Shown here piece by piece: positions 27,569 through 42,320 of a DNA stretch of 64,000 bases. Within the stretch, counting starts at the first letter, position 1. Each line of letters begins with the position of its first letter. The position numbers and the translations under genes are program-made. The notes below the pieces were generated by a model, which was not told the DNA's origin, did no database searches, and worked only from the letters and a program-made list of their open reading frames with translations. Source of the stretch: Chrysomallon squamiferum (Eukaryota > Animalia > Mollusca); the NCBI GenBank assembly GCA_012295275.1, contig CM022673.1, positions 1,426,001 to 1,490,000 of the forward strand, in the 5' to 3' direction.

Positions 27569-29420
27569 AAGCCTCTACAAACTGAAACCTCAGAACCTTG
27601 ACATCAGTTTTAACCATTCCAATTAAATGTGACATGTTGATGTATGGGCAAGCCTCTAGTTAAAGGGTTTGTAATTAAATTTTAAAGTTCCCTTATGCTT
27701 AAACAGAAAGTCTAGAAAACGTTTAGAGTGAATTAAAGAAGACATTTTGATGTAAACTGCAAACTGGCTGAGTTTGCTCTAATTAAAATTAAAAGCACAC
27801 AGGTTTCTGTTTCAGTGCTACATAAACACACGTGCAGTTCATTAATTAAAGAAAAAAAAAAAAAAAACAACAAAATAAATTTATGCTAAAATGTTTATCT
27901 TCAGAACTACCAGTGAAAATGTGTATATGTAATTAATTTTACTTCTAAGATTTTTTATCTTCAGAGCAATGACTAGAAACTATGTGTATTAATTTAATTT
28001 ACTATCAAGGTTGTTGTTTTGTTTTTGTTTCTAGATTTACAACTAAGAATTTTATGTTAAAAAATATGTATACAAAATTAATTTTTATTACTATGATAAT
28101 CATCTTTAAAACTAATTGTATAAAAGTATGTATATAAAATTATTTTTACAGGTAGGATTTTTTTTTTTATCTTTAGATTTACCTTTAAGATTTTATATCT
28201 TTAGAATTATCAGAAGAACACATGATGGAGAAATAAATTTTATTGCCAAAATTTTAATCTTTAGAAGTGTCTGTATAAAATATGTGTATGAAATTAATTT
28301 TACAGGTAGGATTTTTTTCATTATATTTTTTAAAATCTTTTTATCTGTCAATAGAAAATATATATTTGAAATCATTATTATTGATCAGAATAAGGGAATG
28401 AATGGTGTTTAATGATAAATCAACATATTATGTTTGTGTTAAAGGTTATTAAGTCATGGTTTTGTTGTGATTTTGTGTGAGAGAAAACCACTGCAATAAT
28501 ACTGTGAGTTAATTTTAACAATTATAAGCTTCATATATTAGTAAAAGATTATAGTTTATATTTTCTAGAAAGGGAATGCGTTAATCTATTTTATTATTAA
28601 TTTAATTGGTTTTGGTCCTTTTTGTTTTAAAATTTAATTATTTTTTTCTTACGTTTTATTTCTGTAGCTGTTTTTTTTTTAGGTTGTCGTTGTTGTTGTT
28701 ATTATTATTATTATTATTATTATATTTTGTTATTATTATTATTATTATATTTTTGTTATTATTATTATTATTATCATTATTAAATTTCCTGAAGTTGTTA
28801 TTTTATTATATTAATTTTAGTTTCTTTAATTTTAATATTATTACATATTATTTTAATTTTATTTTGTTTGTTTTTATTCTTATTACTTATATTTATTTTA
28901 TGGCATTAAAGAGTGACATTTAAACTACCCAACCAATCTGTTCACCACTGGAGTTAGTGGCCCTGAACATGCTTTTCAATTCTATCGTCCTGGAAACGGA
29001 GGTAAAATGAATGAACGCAACCAGAAAACAATGACAGGATGAAATATAAACATGGATGAGTTTGTAGTCCAACAGCAGGCCACTTATCACCAGTTGTCTT
29101 ACAAAACAGAAACACATGAACACACTAAACCATATGGTCTGGATAGTTTTCACGTGCTTCCTATTATGAAAACACCCCCACAAAACTTCCCCAGCTGTTG
29201 GTGACTTCACTTGTCTCTGGTTGGTAAGAAATCAAAGATTAATGGCCAAGTTTAATGTTTAAATAGACTATTATTATGTTGAAATTTGTGTTTTATTTTA
29301 CTTTATTTTACTTTATTTGTAATTTTTATTTTGTCTTTCCTTATTTTGTTTTACTTCAGTTTATCATACCTTACTTATACTATCACTTTTACTTTTATTT
29401 TTGGTTTTAGTTTTAGTTCT

Positions 29421-29633
29421 ACCTTACTTTTCCTTTCACTTTTGCCTTACTTATACTTTAACTTTTACTCTTTTACTTTTACTTTTACCTTACTTTCACT
29501 TTTGCCTTACTTATACTTTAACTTTTACTTTTTTACTTTTACTTTTACCTTACTTTCACTTTTGCCTTACTTATACTTTAACTTTTACTTTTTTACTTTT
29601 ATTTTTACCTTACTTCTATTTTTACCTTACTTA
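29421..29633. repeat. 60-bp pyrimidine-rich tandem repeat, about 3.5 copies
   Basis: The 60-mers starting at 29461 and 29521 are nearly identical (ACTTTTACT.TTTTACTTTTACTTTTACCTTACTTTCACTTTTGCCTTACTTATACTTTA). Confidence 0.9.
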
Positions 29634-29791
29634 TCCTCTTACAAATGTTCTGAATGTGTGTACCACTGTTGCTACATTTTGAACATTCTTTTGTAGATTT
29701 GCATATGTAAGTATTTGTAGTCCTTGTATCTGTATATATGTTACATAGTTACAAATGTGTGTTTATATGAGATTTTGTGTGTGTGTCTGTA

Positions 29792-29842
<51 letters not shown>

Positions 29843-30128
29843 ATATTTGTGAATAGTTGTGCATTTTCATTTAGGAAATTTATTGCTGACAAAAATATGA
29901 CACAAAATATTATTCAACACATACCACTCCATAAAACACAAACCTAAATAAACAAAGATATTCCACTACAACTTGGCTCACCAGTGTAAATATTACATAC
30001 ACCACGTATCTATATCACAGAGTGAAACACAAATATACAAACTGATTGTAAATTAAGTTTTTCTATATCTGTATCTATCTATATATATATATATATATAT
30101 ATATAGGTGACTGAACTGTATCACTTAC

Positions 30129-30159
30129 CTGAAAGCTCATCCTCCTTGTCTTTCTTTCC
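30129..30159 (-). CDS. Candidate small exon: internal GKKDKEDELS (31 nt) or first exon MSFQ (30129-30140)
   Basis: Perfect donor CAG|GTAAGT at 30128, purine-rich body, possible acceptor ttttgacatcag. Confidence 0.35.
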
Positions 30160-30419
30160 CTGATGTCAAAATAGTAAACTATGTACACAGAAAAATAGTC
30201 TATCTAGTCTGATATCCAGTATTCAGGATTTACCATAGAATTAAAAACATTTATATATATATAAAAATAAAAATTATATTGACTTTTTTTTCCTTTTCAG
30301 AAAGATAATTAAATTTATTCTGTCTATACAGCAGTGTTTTATGAAGCATAAAGAAAAAAGATTTCACTAAACAAGACAATAGTGTCCAAAGTCAAGAAAC
30401 CACTTACTGTTTACTGTTT

Positions 30420-30720
30420 AGTGTTATAAAAAAAAAAAAATGGATGAAATTTAATAGTTTTGTCTAAGAAAAAATAATATAGAGAAGATTTAACTTCTGA
30501 ATTTAAAAAATATAAAAAAAAAAAAAAAAAAAAATAATTTAAACTTTTTAATTGAAAAACAAAAATGAATAAAAGTGTTATAAAAATTAAAAAAAATGGA
30601 TGAAAAAAGTTTTGTCTAAGAAAAAAAAATAAACAAAGAAAAAACCTGAAAAAAAATATGTAAAAAAAAATAAAGAAATGATTTAAACTTTTTAATTGAA
30701 AAACAAAAATGAATAAAAGA
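30420..30720. repeat. About 155-bp A-rich tandem duplication
   Basis: GTGTTATAAAAA..TGGATGAAA..AGTTTTGTCTAAGAAAAA...ATTTAAACTTTTTAATTGAAAAACAAAAATGAATAAAA occurs twice. Confidence 0.85.
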
Positions 30721-31055
30721 TTGTATTGTATTAAAAATCACAAAAAAAAAAAAAAAAAAAAACCAAAAAAATTAAATAAATAAAAGATAGAACAGATTAC
30801 ACTTTGACATGACCTGTAATTACATTTCAGTGTTTACCTTCAATCAATTTAAAAATTACATTGGAAAAAACAGGATTAAACCCAGGTGTTTGAATTACAG
30901 TTGACAGCAATAAATGACAAATCATGACTTGCTAAAGGCAGAAGTGGTTTGATATTCCTGGGAATGGTTTGCAAACACTAACTATAATATATATTTCACA
31001 AGTGCATTATTGTGTTGTTGTTGATTTTGTATTATTATATTTTTATTATTATGAT

Positions 31056-31091
<36 letters not shown>

Positions 31092-32359
31092 CGGTACTAT
31101 CCATGAATCTGAAAATGAGAATAATTCAACTGAATCATTATTCAGTGTGGTATGTCGTGGTTCAATAGTATAATTACATTGGGTCTGGGTGTTTATCAAT
31201 AGAATAAAATATGTGATAACAAAAAAAAGAGAGACCTTTTGGTTACTCAAGTAAGATGAACATAACAAAAGATATGAATCTGGGATTATTACTGTCTAAA
31301 TTGAATTCATTTCTCTCAATAATAAGACAACCTTGAAGTTGACTGAACTCATAACAAATACTTTAAGTGTAATGAAGCAGTTGAACACACGTGTTACAAA
31401 ACAAGACATCTGTGCTATTTTCCTTTGTACTTTTATCTTGAATTTCATGGATTCATCATCTACAAGAATGCTCGAAGATCTCAGACAATAAAATGAAAAG
31501 AGAAATAAAGCGAATTTTTTTTTTTAACAGTAACCAAATTAACAATAACTCCATTTAGAGTGTGAGTTTGAGGTGTGATGTGGCACAAGATCATTCCTCT
31601 TCAGTGTGACCCGTATGCTATTTCCCTTTCCAATCAAAGCTCTGTGACAGGTTTATCAAAGGCTAAGAGAAGGTGCAGGCCTATATGAAAATGATTTATG
31701 ATCTTTAAATATGATTATGCATGATGACAACCATAAGTGAAAACACTCTGACATCTCATTTGAGCTCTATGGGAAAGCACACATAACCAAGCCTTTAATG
31801 CTAAATTTTTAGGAATAACCCATTACAAACACAAACACTCAAATTAATACCTTCTAACAGAAAATGTGTAAACACATTAATCAGCTATCTGTTTGTTAAT
31901 TCAACAATTTAGTTATTTATTCATTATTTTATTACTTTGTTTATTCACTAATTCTCTATAAAGAATCTGGAACTTTGTTTTCAAACAGTAGCAAAAGGAA
32001 GAAAAAAAACAACAAAAAAATCAAAACAATAAATCTTGTCTTCAATTTTGAATGTTCTGTCTTGTTGGTCATGAACTTTCTGCACTCTACAAGCAAGTGA
32101 TGTTAAAGACATTAACATACACTATTTTATCTGAAACAAAATAATAAATCTTCCATGCCCTGGATTTGAACCTGTTACCTTTCATCCTTGAAATTTGTGA
32201 CTCATACTCTTTCAGCAAAATTAATCAGTTGCAGAATAAGATTAATAATAAAAAAATCCACTAAAAACAAAAACAGAAACAACTCCATAAATAATAATAA
32301 TAATAATAAAAAGTAGAAACAAAAAAATAATAATAATAATAATAAAATAAAATAAATAA

Positions 32360-32398
<39 letters not shown>

Positions 32399-33761
32399 AG
32401 GAAAAACAGAAAGAAAGAAAGAACAAGAAAAATGAAGAAAAAAAAATATTCCTTTTTCCTGGATTTTAACTCATTTGCAATTGGAAGAAACAGTTTATGT
32501 AAGCAGTACCATTTATGACCCATGATGGAACAGTGACCTCTAATGGTGATTGTATATACAGACATTTTGGATGATATCAAAAGGTTTAAAATGATACACA
32601 AATCATTCCTTTATTTCTTTATCACTGCTATATCAGTTTAATGAGATACTCTGGTTTTTAATAAAATAGAAATTAATAACAGTTGACAATTTTCAGGCTT
32701 CACTTTCTATTTCTGTAGCAAATAGCAAAGGAGAAAAGTCATACAAGAACCTAACTGATGTTTTGTGTCTAAGAAAATTTACTCAGGTTTGTTAATATAT
32801 GAACAGATGATTTGCACATATTAATGTATTTAATAGAAATAACTTCTAACTCATTTTGTCATGCTCAGTCACATTTAAAAAAAATTTTGGTTTACAAGCT
32901 TTCTCTGTTTCTAATTTAAAATTTTAAAATTATGCTTTTAACATCAAAATAAATAAAAATATATAAATATATATATATATATATACATACACACATGTGT
33001 GTGTGTTTGTGTGTGTCCATGTGTGTGTGTGTGTGTAAATATGTGTGAGTGTGTATGTGTGTGTGTGTGTGTTTGTCTGTGTGTAATAATAAATAAATAA
33101 ATAGTGTGTGTATCTCTATGTGTGTGTGTGTGTGTGTGTGCATACATTTTTTTTATTGTTTTAATTTTTTTAAAGATTAAGTAAAAAATTTATGCTATAT
33201 AGGGTGTTAATGACATGAAATGTCTAAATGTACAAAACTTTTCCGAGATCAGTGTTTTCTTTTCCAGTAATGTTTTTACCAGGCGTGGCCAACCAGGTGT
33301 TTTTTTGGGAATGCGAGAAGATGGGACGAAAAATAGAAATATACTATCACTGCATTTACAGACATTTTGTTACTGAAAGCTGGAGAGAAAAAAAAAAACA
33401 GAAATTGATTTCAACTCAGCATTCTGTTAAATTTAAAGTGAGACAGATATTAAATAATTTTTTTTTTATTTTAAATTTTTTAAATTATGCTATTTATTAT
33501 ATCAATATTGTCAAATGTGGTCTTTTTAGACATTTTTTTTTTTGTGTATGTGTTAAAATCAACAAAAATAATCTTGAAGGTGTTGATATATATTAAATGA
33601 TATAGTATGTTGGAAAGGTCTTTAAAACCTACCATGAGTTTCATTTAATATTAACATATAATTAATTATATAACTGAATATCTATTTGTGCATATATGTC
33701 TATACTTATATATTTATCCATGTACTTGTGTGTGTGTGTGTGTATTTTGGTAAGGGTATTT

Positions 33762-33797
<36 letters not shown>

Positions 33798-34350
33798 TAT
33801 ATATACATATATGTTTTGTAGATATAATTTTATCTTTTTATGTGATATATACATATGCATGTATTCACACACATATTTATAATTTGTACAAAATACAGGA
33901 CACACATTTCTCTTGGTCAGAAAGTGCACATAATACCTATCACTATATTTTCAAAACAAAAAGTAACATGTTGAAATATTTGCTATCATAACATTAAAAC
34001 ACTGCATTGTTAATCATTATTAGTCAGATGTTTTAATATTACTGAAAACACTGTGGTATGTGCTGCCTGAAATCACAGACACATTTTAGAAATTTGATTC
34101 AAAATTTTACTCACGTATAATTTTATATCAGTCGCCTAATTAAATCAGTCCTAATCCATATCTATATTGAAACATATCCTTTTTGTACTTATTCACATGA
34201 ACTGTCATGGCTAATCCATTTATATCATAATATACATCTATAATGATATATTTTTGAATTTATGGTTTTATATAAGTAACATACTTCTGATTTTATGTTT
34301 TTATAATTATTTCCTTTATTTAACTTCTTACAAGCACACACACATATACA

Positions 34351-34407
<57 letters not shown>

Positions 34408-34585
34408 TCAGATAATAGATTCAATACAGGTTCCATTAATAACACACAAAATCTCAGACAGAGAGGTAATTAGACAGAAAGAAAGATCAGTTGAATTATA
34501 GACATACAAACAAATAGATATGCAGACAAACGTGTATATATATATATATATATATATTTGTCTGCATATCTATTTGTATGTTATT

Positions 34586-34652
<67 letters not shown>

Positions 34653-34953
34653 ACATAGATAAATATATTTAGATAGACAGACAGATATAAATGGATAGAC
34701 ACAAACTGATAAACAGGAATTCAAATGGACAGACAGTCAGACAGACAATCAGACAGACGGTCAGACAGATGGTCAGAGAGACAGACATATATATAGAGAC
34801 AAATAGTTAACAGATAAATTTTTAGATAGACATAGGCAAACAGACAGACAGATATTAATATAGACATACGTTTTTAGTTTTTAAACTGACAAATAGATAT
34901 ATACATCATACACAGCCTGACATGCAGTTCACGAGTGACATGTGATTATTTAC

Positions 34954-35223
34954 CTGTTTTATTCCTGTGTCCCAGGGCTCGGCTTCGATGACAACATAGT
35001 CTTGTCTTGCCATGGGCTCTTCTACACTCGCCGGTTCAGCTTCTTCCGATTTGTCACTTGACTTTGACGGTGTCTGATCAGCCGACTCTTTTCTTCTCCG
35101 CTGTTCCCCAGTCAGGGCAATGGATTTGCTCTCAAAGGCATCAGGAACAACACAAAACATAGAGTTCTTTACCCGGGGCTTTGGGTTTGGATGTGGTGCA
35201 AAAAAATCAGGTTCTTCGGCCAT
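34954..35223 (-). CDS. First coding exon (90 aa, MAEEPDFFAP...EPWDTGIKQ) of an unidentified gene
   Basis: aaaaaATGG start, GC-richer protein-like codons, donor CAG|GTAAAT at 34953 in phase 0. Contains RRRKES (PKA-type site) and DYVVI (LIR-like). Confidence 0.7.
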
Positions 35224-36969
35224 TTTTTTGTTTAATTTCTATTAAATATTTTTATTATTTCTTTTTATTTGTGTTTGTGTTAAAGCAGGATGTCCCAGAA
35301 TGCTTTACCAAATAATTATTTTATTTATAATAATAAATATGATTATCTACCTTAATTTGTTTTAGATTTAGTTTGGCAATTTCATCCAATCAAAGTTATA
35401 CTGTTACCGAACCAGCCAATAAAATTATTTTTTATATAATGCTTCACTGACCAGTGCTCCAGTTAAAATTATCTATGTATGTAACTGTTCACACCTGTCC
35501 TTTGATCAAATCAACCAATCAGACAGCCTGACACAAACTGCTATGAAGACACAGGACCTGGAATGAAAGTTGGAAATTACAGGTAAAGGTGAAAATAACA
35601 TCAAGTAAGTTCTCAACACAAGTTATCAGTAGTTTGAAATAACAAATTCTTTTTTCCCCCTCAGCAATAACCTTTGGAAGAAAGATGTTCACTTTGGCAT
35701 CAGTGAAGTAAAATTGTTGAAAAGAGTCTTGGTGAATAAGAGTTTGACATGAAAGTAAATGAGACACACATGCAAATCAGACTCGAGGTAATCAATAAAT
35801 CATTATCAGTTGCTGCGGAGCTGTGAATCACACGTCAGTGAATCAACTCTGCACTCTACAGATATATATATATAGATAGATATAGATTTTTTTTTTTTTT
35901 TGATTTTTTTGATTTTTATTTTGGCATCTAAAACACAAGATGTCTACAAACCTTGTTTCTGTGTCCTGCACTAATTGTGATGAAGCTGCACTGGCCGAAG
36001 AGTGGAGTTTTCCTGTAACAAGTACTATATTCACTGCACTGGAACAGTGGAAGCATGCATGGCAACAGACTGCAAGCCGTCTGCAAGAGTTTGTTTCTTT
36101 TAAACATCCATGTTCGGGGCCCCAAAGCGTATAGGCAGATACAGAGAATGGTTAATATGGCAGCATGTCTGAGCCACTAAATAATTATTTTGTTAGCATA
36201 TACTGAATCATTATGTTTTTTTGTTTTATTTTTTATTTTTATTTTTATTTTTGTTTTTATTTTTTTAATGAATTATGCCTGAGGTAATTCTTATTAACAT
36301 TCATGCTTTTTATAACTGTGCATTTTACTAGGTGCAGCAAAATGAAAATTTTTAAAAAAAAAAAAAAGAGAAAGAGAGAATCATTCTGTATTTTGGTGAA
36401 TAATGTAGGGTATGTCATGACATAAGAATTCTAACTGACAGGAGTCTTAATAGGATTTGTAATCAGCCATTTTTGTTGATGAATATTTATTTCCATGGAT
36501 GGATAATCTGACTGATGGATGGATGGGTAGATGAATGGAAGGATTAATGGATGAATGAATAGAATATAATATATGGATGGATGGAAAGACAGATTGCTTG
36601 ATGATGAGTGGATGGAGAGAAAAAAATAACTGTTCAGGATGGTCTGACAGTAAGATGAAATGATGGATGAACTGATGGAGCTCTGTGCTAAATGAACAAA
36701 ATGATGGAGGAAATGGAGACAAAGCAGAAACTGGACGCAAAGATTGGAATTTTTTTACTGACATTAATATAGCTGAATAATTCAAATTAAAATATATTAC
36801 TTCACTATTACGCACATTTGCTAATAATACATTTCTCAGAGAATGAAGCAAAAATAAAATTTAATCATATGTAATTGTGAAGGTGTAGTTTGGTGCATTT
36901 TTCACATTTACTAACAGTAAATTCTCAGAGAAGGTAGCAAATTAATTTTTAAATTGATATATTTCAAAA

Positions 36970-37011
<42 letters not shown>

Positions 37012-38363
37012 CCTTTTTCTAATTTAAAAAAAAACAAAAAACAACTAAAAACTTTAAACTGAAAAACATCATACAGTAATAGTAACAAAATGAGCTACTG
37101 ATTTATTCAAACAGTGGGCTATAAACAAATAGGTTGTTCAGCTTAATGTTATTTTCTAGCAATACAGATCTGCTTGGCGTGCCTGTCTGTGTTATCTGTT
37201 AGCTCATTCTTGCACTAAAAAACATTACTCAGTTGCCGTGGTTATGACTAACATGCATTTCCAAGCAGTCTTGGACAAAGAACGGATATGACATACGATC
37301 ATAGATGGAGAGTATTATTTGCATGGAAACTGTTGGGGGGGATATGGAACTACACAATTCAGCCATTTGCAATGTTCAGTCTTTGTTTCTTTTTTTATAA
37401 AAAACTGCTAAAATATAACCAAAAAAAAAAAAATTGTTTTAGCAAAAATCAGTTAATACTTTTAGGAATTTTAATTGATTACAATCAACAGCAGGTTTAG
37501 AAATAGGAAACCAGATAATTATATTTTTCTTAATCAAAAGAAAACTACTTCTTCAACAATGACAATTACCACTACTAATACCACTATCACCACACCACCA
37601 CTATTACTGTAGTTATCTTTTCTAATATAATTAGTACTACAATTACTATTACTAATGCTACTGATAATTACAATTAGTACTATCGATTTACAACAGCTGC
37701 TTCTGCTACTGTTACTTCTACTACTGCTACTACTACTACTATTACTATTAGTGCTGCTGCTAACACTTCTATTACTAATGTAACTGTTGTTACTGTTAAT
37801 AAATAAATAGACAAGGATAGATTAAAACCATTGGTGATGCTGATACAAATAAGGATTTAGTAAGTTTTGTTAATTAAAATATCTTATCTTCAACACATTT
37901 TTCATCAACTTAAGAATAAAAAAAGATAAAAGTTAAAAAGAAACTGAAAACAAAATTGAAAAAAGTTTTTAACATGTGCTAATTAAAACAATTAAATAAA
38001 GAGAACAGAACCACCCATATTTAATGACTTTATTCCTTGAAAATGACATTTGCAGTAACAGCCATTTATTATTCTTATCCAGAAAGATATCTGATTCAGC
38101 ATCCATCTGGCTCTGTTCCCATCAAATCTGAATTATTCATGGCATCTGACAAATCAGGAGTCTATAGTCTGGCCCAGTAAAATATGCAGTGTTTTCTTTG
38201 GAATATCATGTGAAATAATTCTTTGGCATTAAATTAGTTTTTAAATAATTTCTGCAGTGCTTCATTTTCCCTTCTCAGTTTATAATATTTGTTACAAGTT
38301 ATGATATAAATACATTACTTTTTGTTATAACGTAATCAACCTATACAATTGTTTTAAAATATA

Positions 38364-38420
<57 letters not shown>

Positions 38421-38491
38421 TGAAATAAAAAAAAATAATTTTTTTATAAAAAGCATAAAAAGGGGAAAAAAGAAAAAACTAAGATCAGCAA

Positions 38492-38927
<436 letters not shown>

Positions 38928-39323
38928 CAAGAGATTGGACATACCTTTCTCTGACCATCAATTGGCAAAGTCAGAGGTCATGAAAAGCATTTGTTAGCAA
39001 TTATCTAAAGCAGCCATGATCATTATTACCTTGAAAAGCAATAGATGTATAAAGTAAAAAATACAAAAAATAAAATAAATAATAATAACATTTCCTTTAA
39101 AACTTCTATTATGAATTTCACTTTCTTTTCTTCCAGGAACTGTTTAATATTTATTTTACAGAAATTTCTTTCTGATGAAAAATATTAAAACATATAATAT
39201 TGAAATTTTCAAACAAATTCTCTGTCTCTTTGTAAAATTGATCCAAATATTGATTCCTGTATTAGTGTACAGAATTGTGAAAATATGTTGCATTGAAACT
39301 TGGTTCTCGTTTTAACATGGCCT

Positions 39324-39527
39324 AATCTCAAACAAATTGCAACAAAAGGTTTTTTTGCTGGAACCTGTTGACTGGAGCCTCTAGAATATTATATCCAAAA
39401 TTTATCAATGTCTGATCATAAAATGGTTCATTAGCATAATTTCAGTATGACTGCCAGTTGGATATAATGTTCAGTCAACAAGTTCTAGCTAAAAAAAAAC
39501 AACTTTTGTTGCAGTTTCTTTGAGGTT
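39324..39527. mobile_element. MITE-like element with long imperfect inverted repeats
   Basis: Left arm 39324-39398 (AATCTCAAACAAATTGCAACAAAAG..GCTGGAACCTGTTGACTG..ATTATATCCAA) is the reverse complement of right arm 39458-39527 (TTGGATATAATGTTCAGTCAACAAGTTCTAGC..CTTTTGTTGCAGTTTCTTTGAGGTT). Confidence 0.7.
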
Positions 39528-41173
39528 TTTCATAGACTGACTGGACTATAAGTTTCCAGGTTGTACTCAGCTACAACATTTTGAGCTTTAAACATCATCA
39601 TCATAACAAGAACAGCAATAAAAATAAAAATGACAATAACTAACAACACTAGCATCAATAACAACATCAAGAACAACTGTCATTTAAAATAATAAAAATA
39701 GCAACAACAATGTAGATATCAGTGATGCAGCATAATATTTTCATGAAATGTTTAGAGAATGGATGAAATTGTTATTGAAGAATACTCATTCATGATTCTT
39801 TTTATTTTTTATTTAACCATTGTCCAAATGCTTCAACGACAAAAAATACGTAAGATTCCATGACCAGTTTATTATCCAACCACATGTTAACCTAGCTGCT
39901 GTAGACTATTTGTATCAATCATGCCTCAGGTTGAATAGATTTTTGATCGTTCAAGCAGTCCATTGAACCACAATAATAATTTATTTACTTTATCAGATAA
40001 TAATTTTTGTGAGTCATACTGGATAAAGCAGCTGCATGCTTACTGTTAACATGCGACATCATGGAACCTTTTATATTGATTTTTAGAAACATGAGATAAT
40101 ATACCACATTTTGTTTTTTAAATATCAGTCATGAGACAATGGCTGAAATAAAAAGATAATGCACTGGATATCAGTGCAAGAAGATTTGATCCTGAAAGTG
40201 GTCACTGAAAGGCTACAGCTTGCTTCATGAGCCAAAATAATGATAATAAATGAAGTAACTGATAACTGTTTTATAAAAATTGAATTAAAAAAATAATACA
40301 ATTATAAATGCATTCAGAGATGAGTCCATAAAATTAGCATCTGTTGTATTAATAAAATGCCTGCTCTGTAATTTATTTACACATTTGTGCAACAGGAAAA
40401 TAAATATTATTGTTATTTGTTTCTTTGTTTCTCTTACTAGTCTTATAAAATATTAAAAACCTACAGAAAACATTTAATGTAACACGTAAAGAATGCCTCA
40501 AAACTGTTTGTAAAATTTGTTTAAATAATGGTAGATGTCACATACAAGAAACTGAAAAATCAGTTACATTTGTAGATAAGACATAAATAACAGCATTATT
40601 TAATTTTATTATTATATATAAGTAATTGTTTGTTTTTTTTAATTTGACTTACCTGCTCAAATAAAACACCATTCAAATTTTAAAGTAGTAGTAATAAATA
40701 TATAAAATTAAAAACTGTGGAAGAAATTAATTCTTAGATACAAAACATTTTTTTTTCTTTTTTTTTCAACAAAATAGTCTATACATTCCAAAAGATAATA
40801 ACAGAGACAATGAAGAAGGCCCTCTTTGGGTGATTTAGCATACATAAAGGTACCTGTCAGGTGTGGATTTCATTCTTTTATTGTTCACACAAAGACATGA
40901 TGCTGAAGAAACATTAGTAACATCAACACAAAAATTTGGAACAGAACATAATCCACAGTGAGATTTAATCTGAAGATAATACCAAATCTTTGCAAAACTG
41001 ATTGTCAGCAGCATTATTGAGTTTACTATGGTCTATTTCTTGTGGGTTATTTTCAGATGAAAATATTTTAACAGTAACACTGCATCTCTTTTGAGCATTT
41101 TAGTTAATTTATTTATTTATTCATTAATTTATTATTTTTATTATTTTTATTATTATTATTATTATTGTTATTA

Positions 41174-41205
<32 letters not shown>

Positions 41206-41432
41206 GTTGTTGTGTTGTTGTTGTTGTCATTGTTGTTATTTAATATTACTAAATTTATTTTTAGATTATTTTAATAAACCAAATTATTCTGATTAAAAAA
41301 AAAGAAGAAGAAATTTGTTTTGTATTTTCCTGTCATGGATAAACAGTGGAAATGGAACTTGGTGTCTGTCAGATAACTAATAATTTCACATCTCGGTTGA
41401 ATGTTACAAAAAAAAAAAAAAAAAAAAACCAA

Positions 41433-41475
<43 letters not shown>

Positions 41476-41661
41476 ATTGTATATTTGTATACGACCAGTC
41501 TGTAGAAATAATATATATGTTTGCTATCTCTATTTAAAATAAAATGTTTCAATAATTTAAATATATTTAATTTGTTTTGACAATATACGTATACTTTTTG
41601 ATCGAGGTTTTGATCGGTACGCTGTTGTAAAAGGGTAGAACAAAAATAAAACGAACACGAA

Positions 41662-41689
41662 CTTCCTTTTCCGGTCGGTGACGAAGACT
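41662..41689 (+). promoter_or_regulatory. RPL15: RPL15 non-coding exon 1 with 5'TOP/TCT initiator
   Basis: CTTCCTTTTCC pyrimidine tract typical of ribosomal protein TSSs, followed by donor GTGAGT at 41690. Next acceptor tttacag ends at 42131. Confidence 0.8.
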
Positions 41690-42148
41690 GTGAGTTGGAT
41701 ATTTTTGTTTGGTGGTGTTAAATCTAGCTCATCCAAAATAACTGTAATATGTATGTGTCTTTAATCTATTTAATCAATAAAATTAGTATCTTTGTGGATA
41801 TTTCTAAATAAAAGATATCTGCATATACTTACAGTTTAATACAAAAAAAAATTGTTCAAAAAAGGTGTCCAGATTACAGCATGTTTCATTAGAGCATTAC
41901 AGAATTTTAACAAATTATATATATATATATATATATATATTGTAATACATCATTTTCATAAAATTATAAGGCTTAGCATAATAAATGATAAACGCTCAAT
42001 TAATGGATGAATGTAATTAGTAAATTACATATAAACAGTGAATATGAGTACGGAGTAGTTGTATAAGACTAAGGTAAGAATAAGACTGCTAAGTTGGTAC
42101 ACAGTACAGTATTTCAGTTTGTCCTTTACAGAGTTGTGATCGAGGACC

Positions 42149-42320
42149 ATGGGTGCGTACAAGTATATGCAAGAAATTTATCGTAAAAAGCAAAGTGATG
42201 TATTAAGATTTTTGCTTCGAATCCGGTGCTGGCAGTATCGCCAGCTGTCAGCAATCCACAGAGCTCCACGACCCACTCGACCAGACAAGGCCCGAAGACT
42301 TGGGTACAAGGCTAAGCAAG
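42149..42320 (+). CDS. RPL15: 60S ribosomal protein L15 (eL15), coding exon 1
   Basis: [32 protein letters not shown]...[11 protein letters not shown]; donor AAG|GTAATT; phase 1. Confidence 0.98.

Noticed and set aside
27890-28330. Degenerate ~60-65 bp periodic AT-rich array and its 98-aa ORF (28116-28412)
   Set aside because: Old low-complexity minisatellite; the ORF is F/I/K-rich noise.
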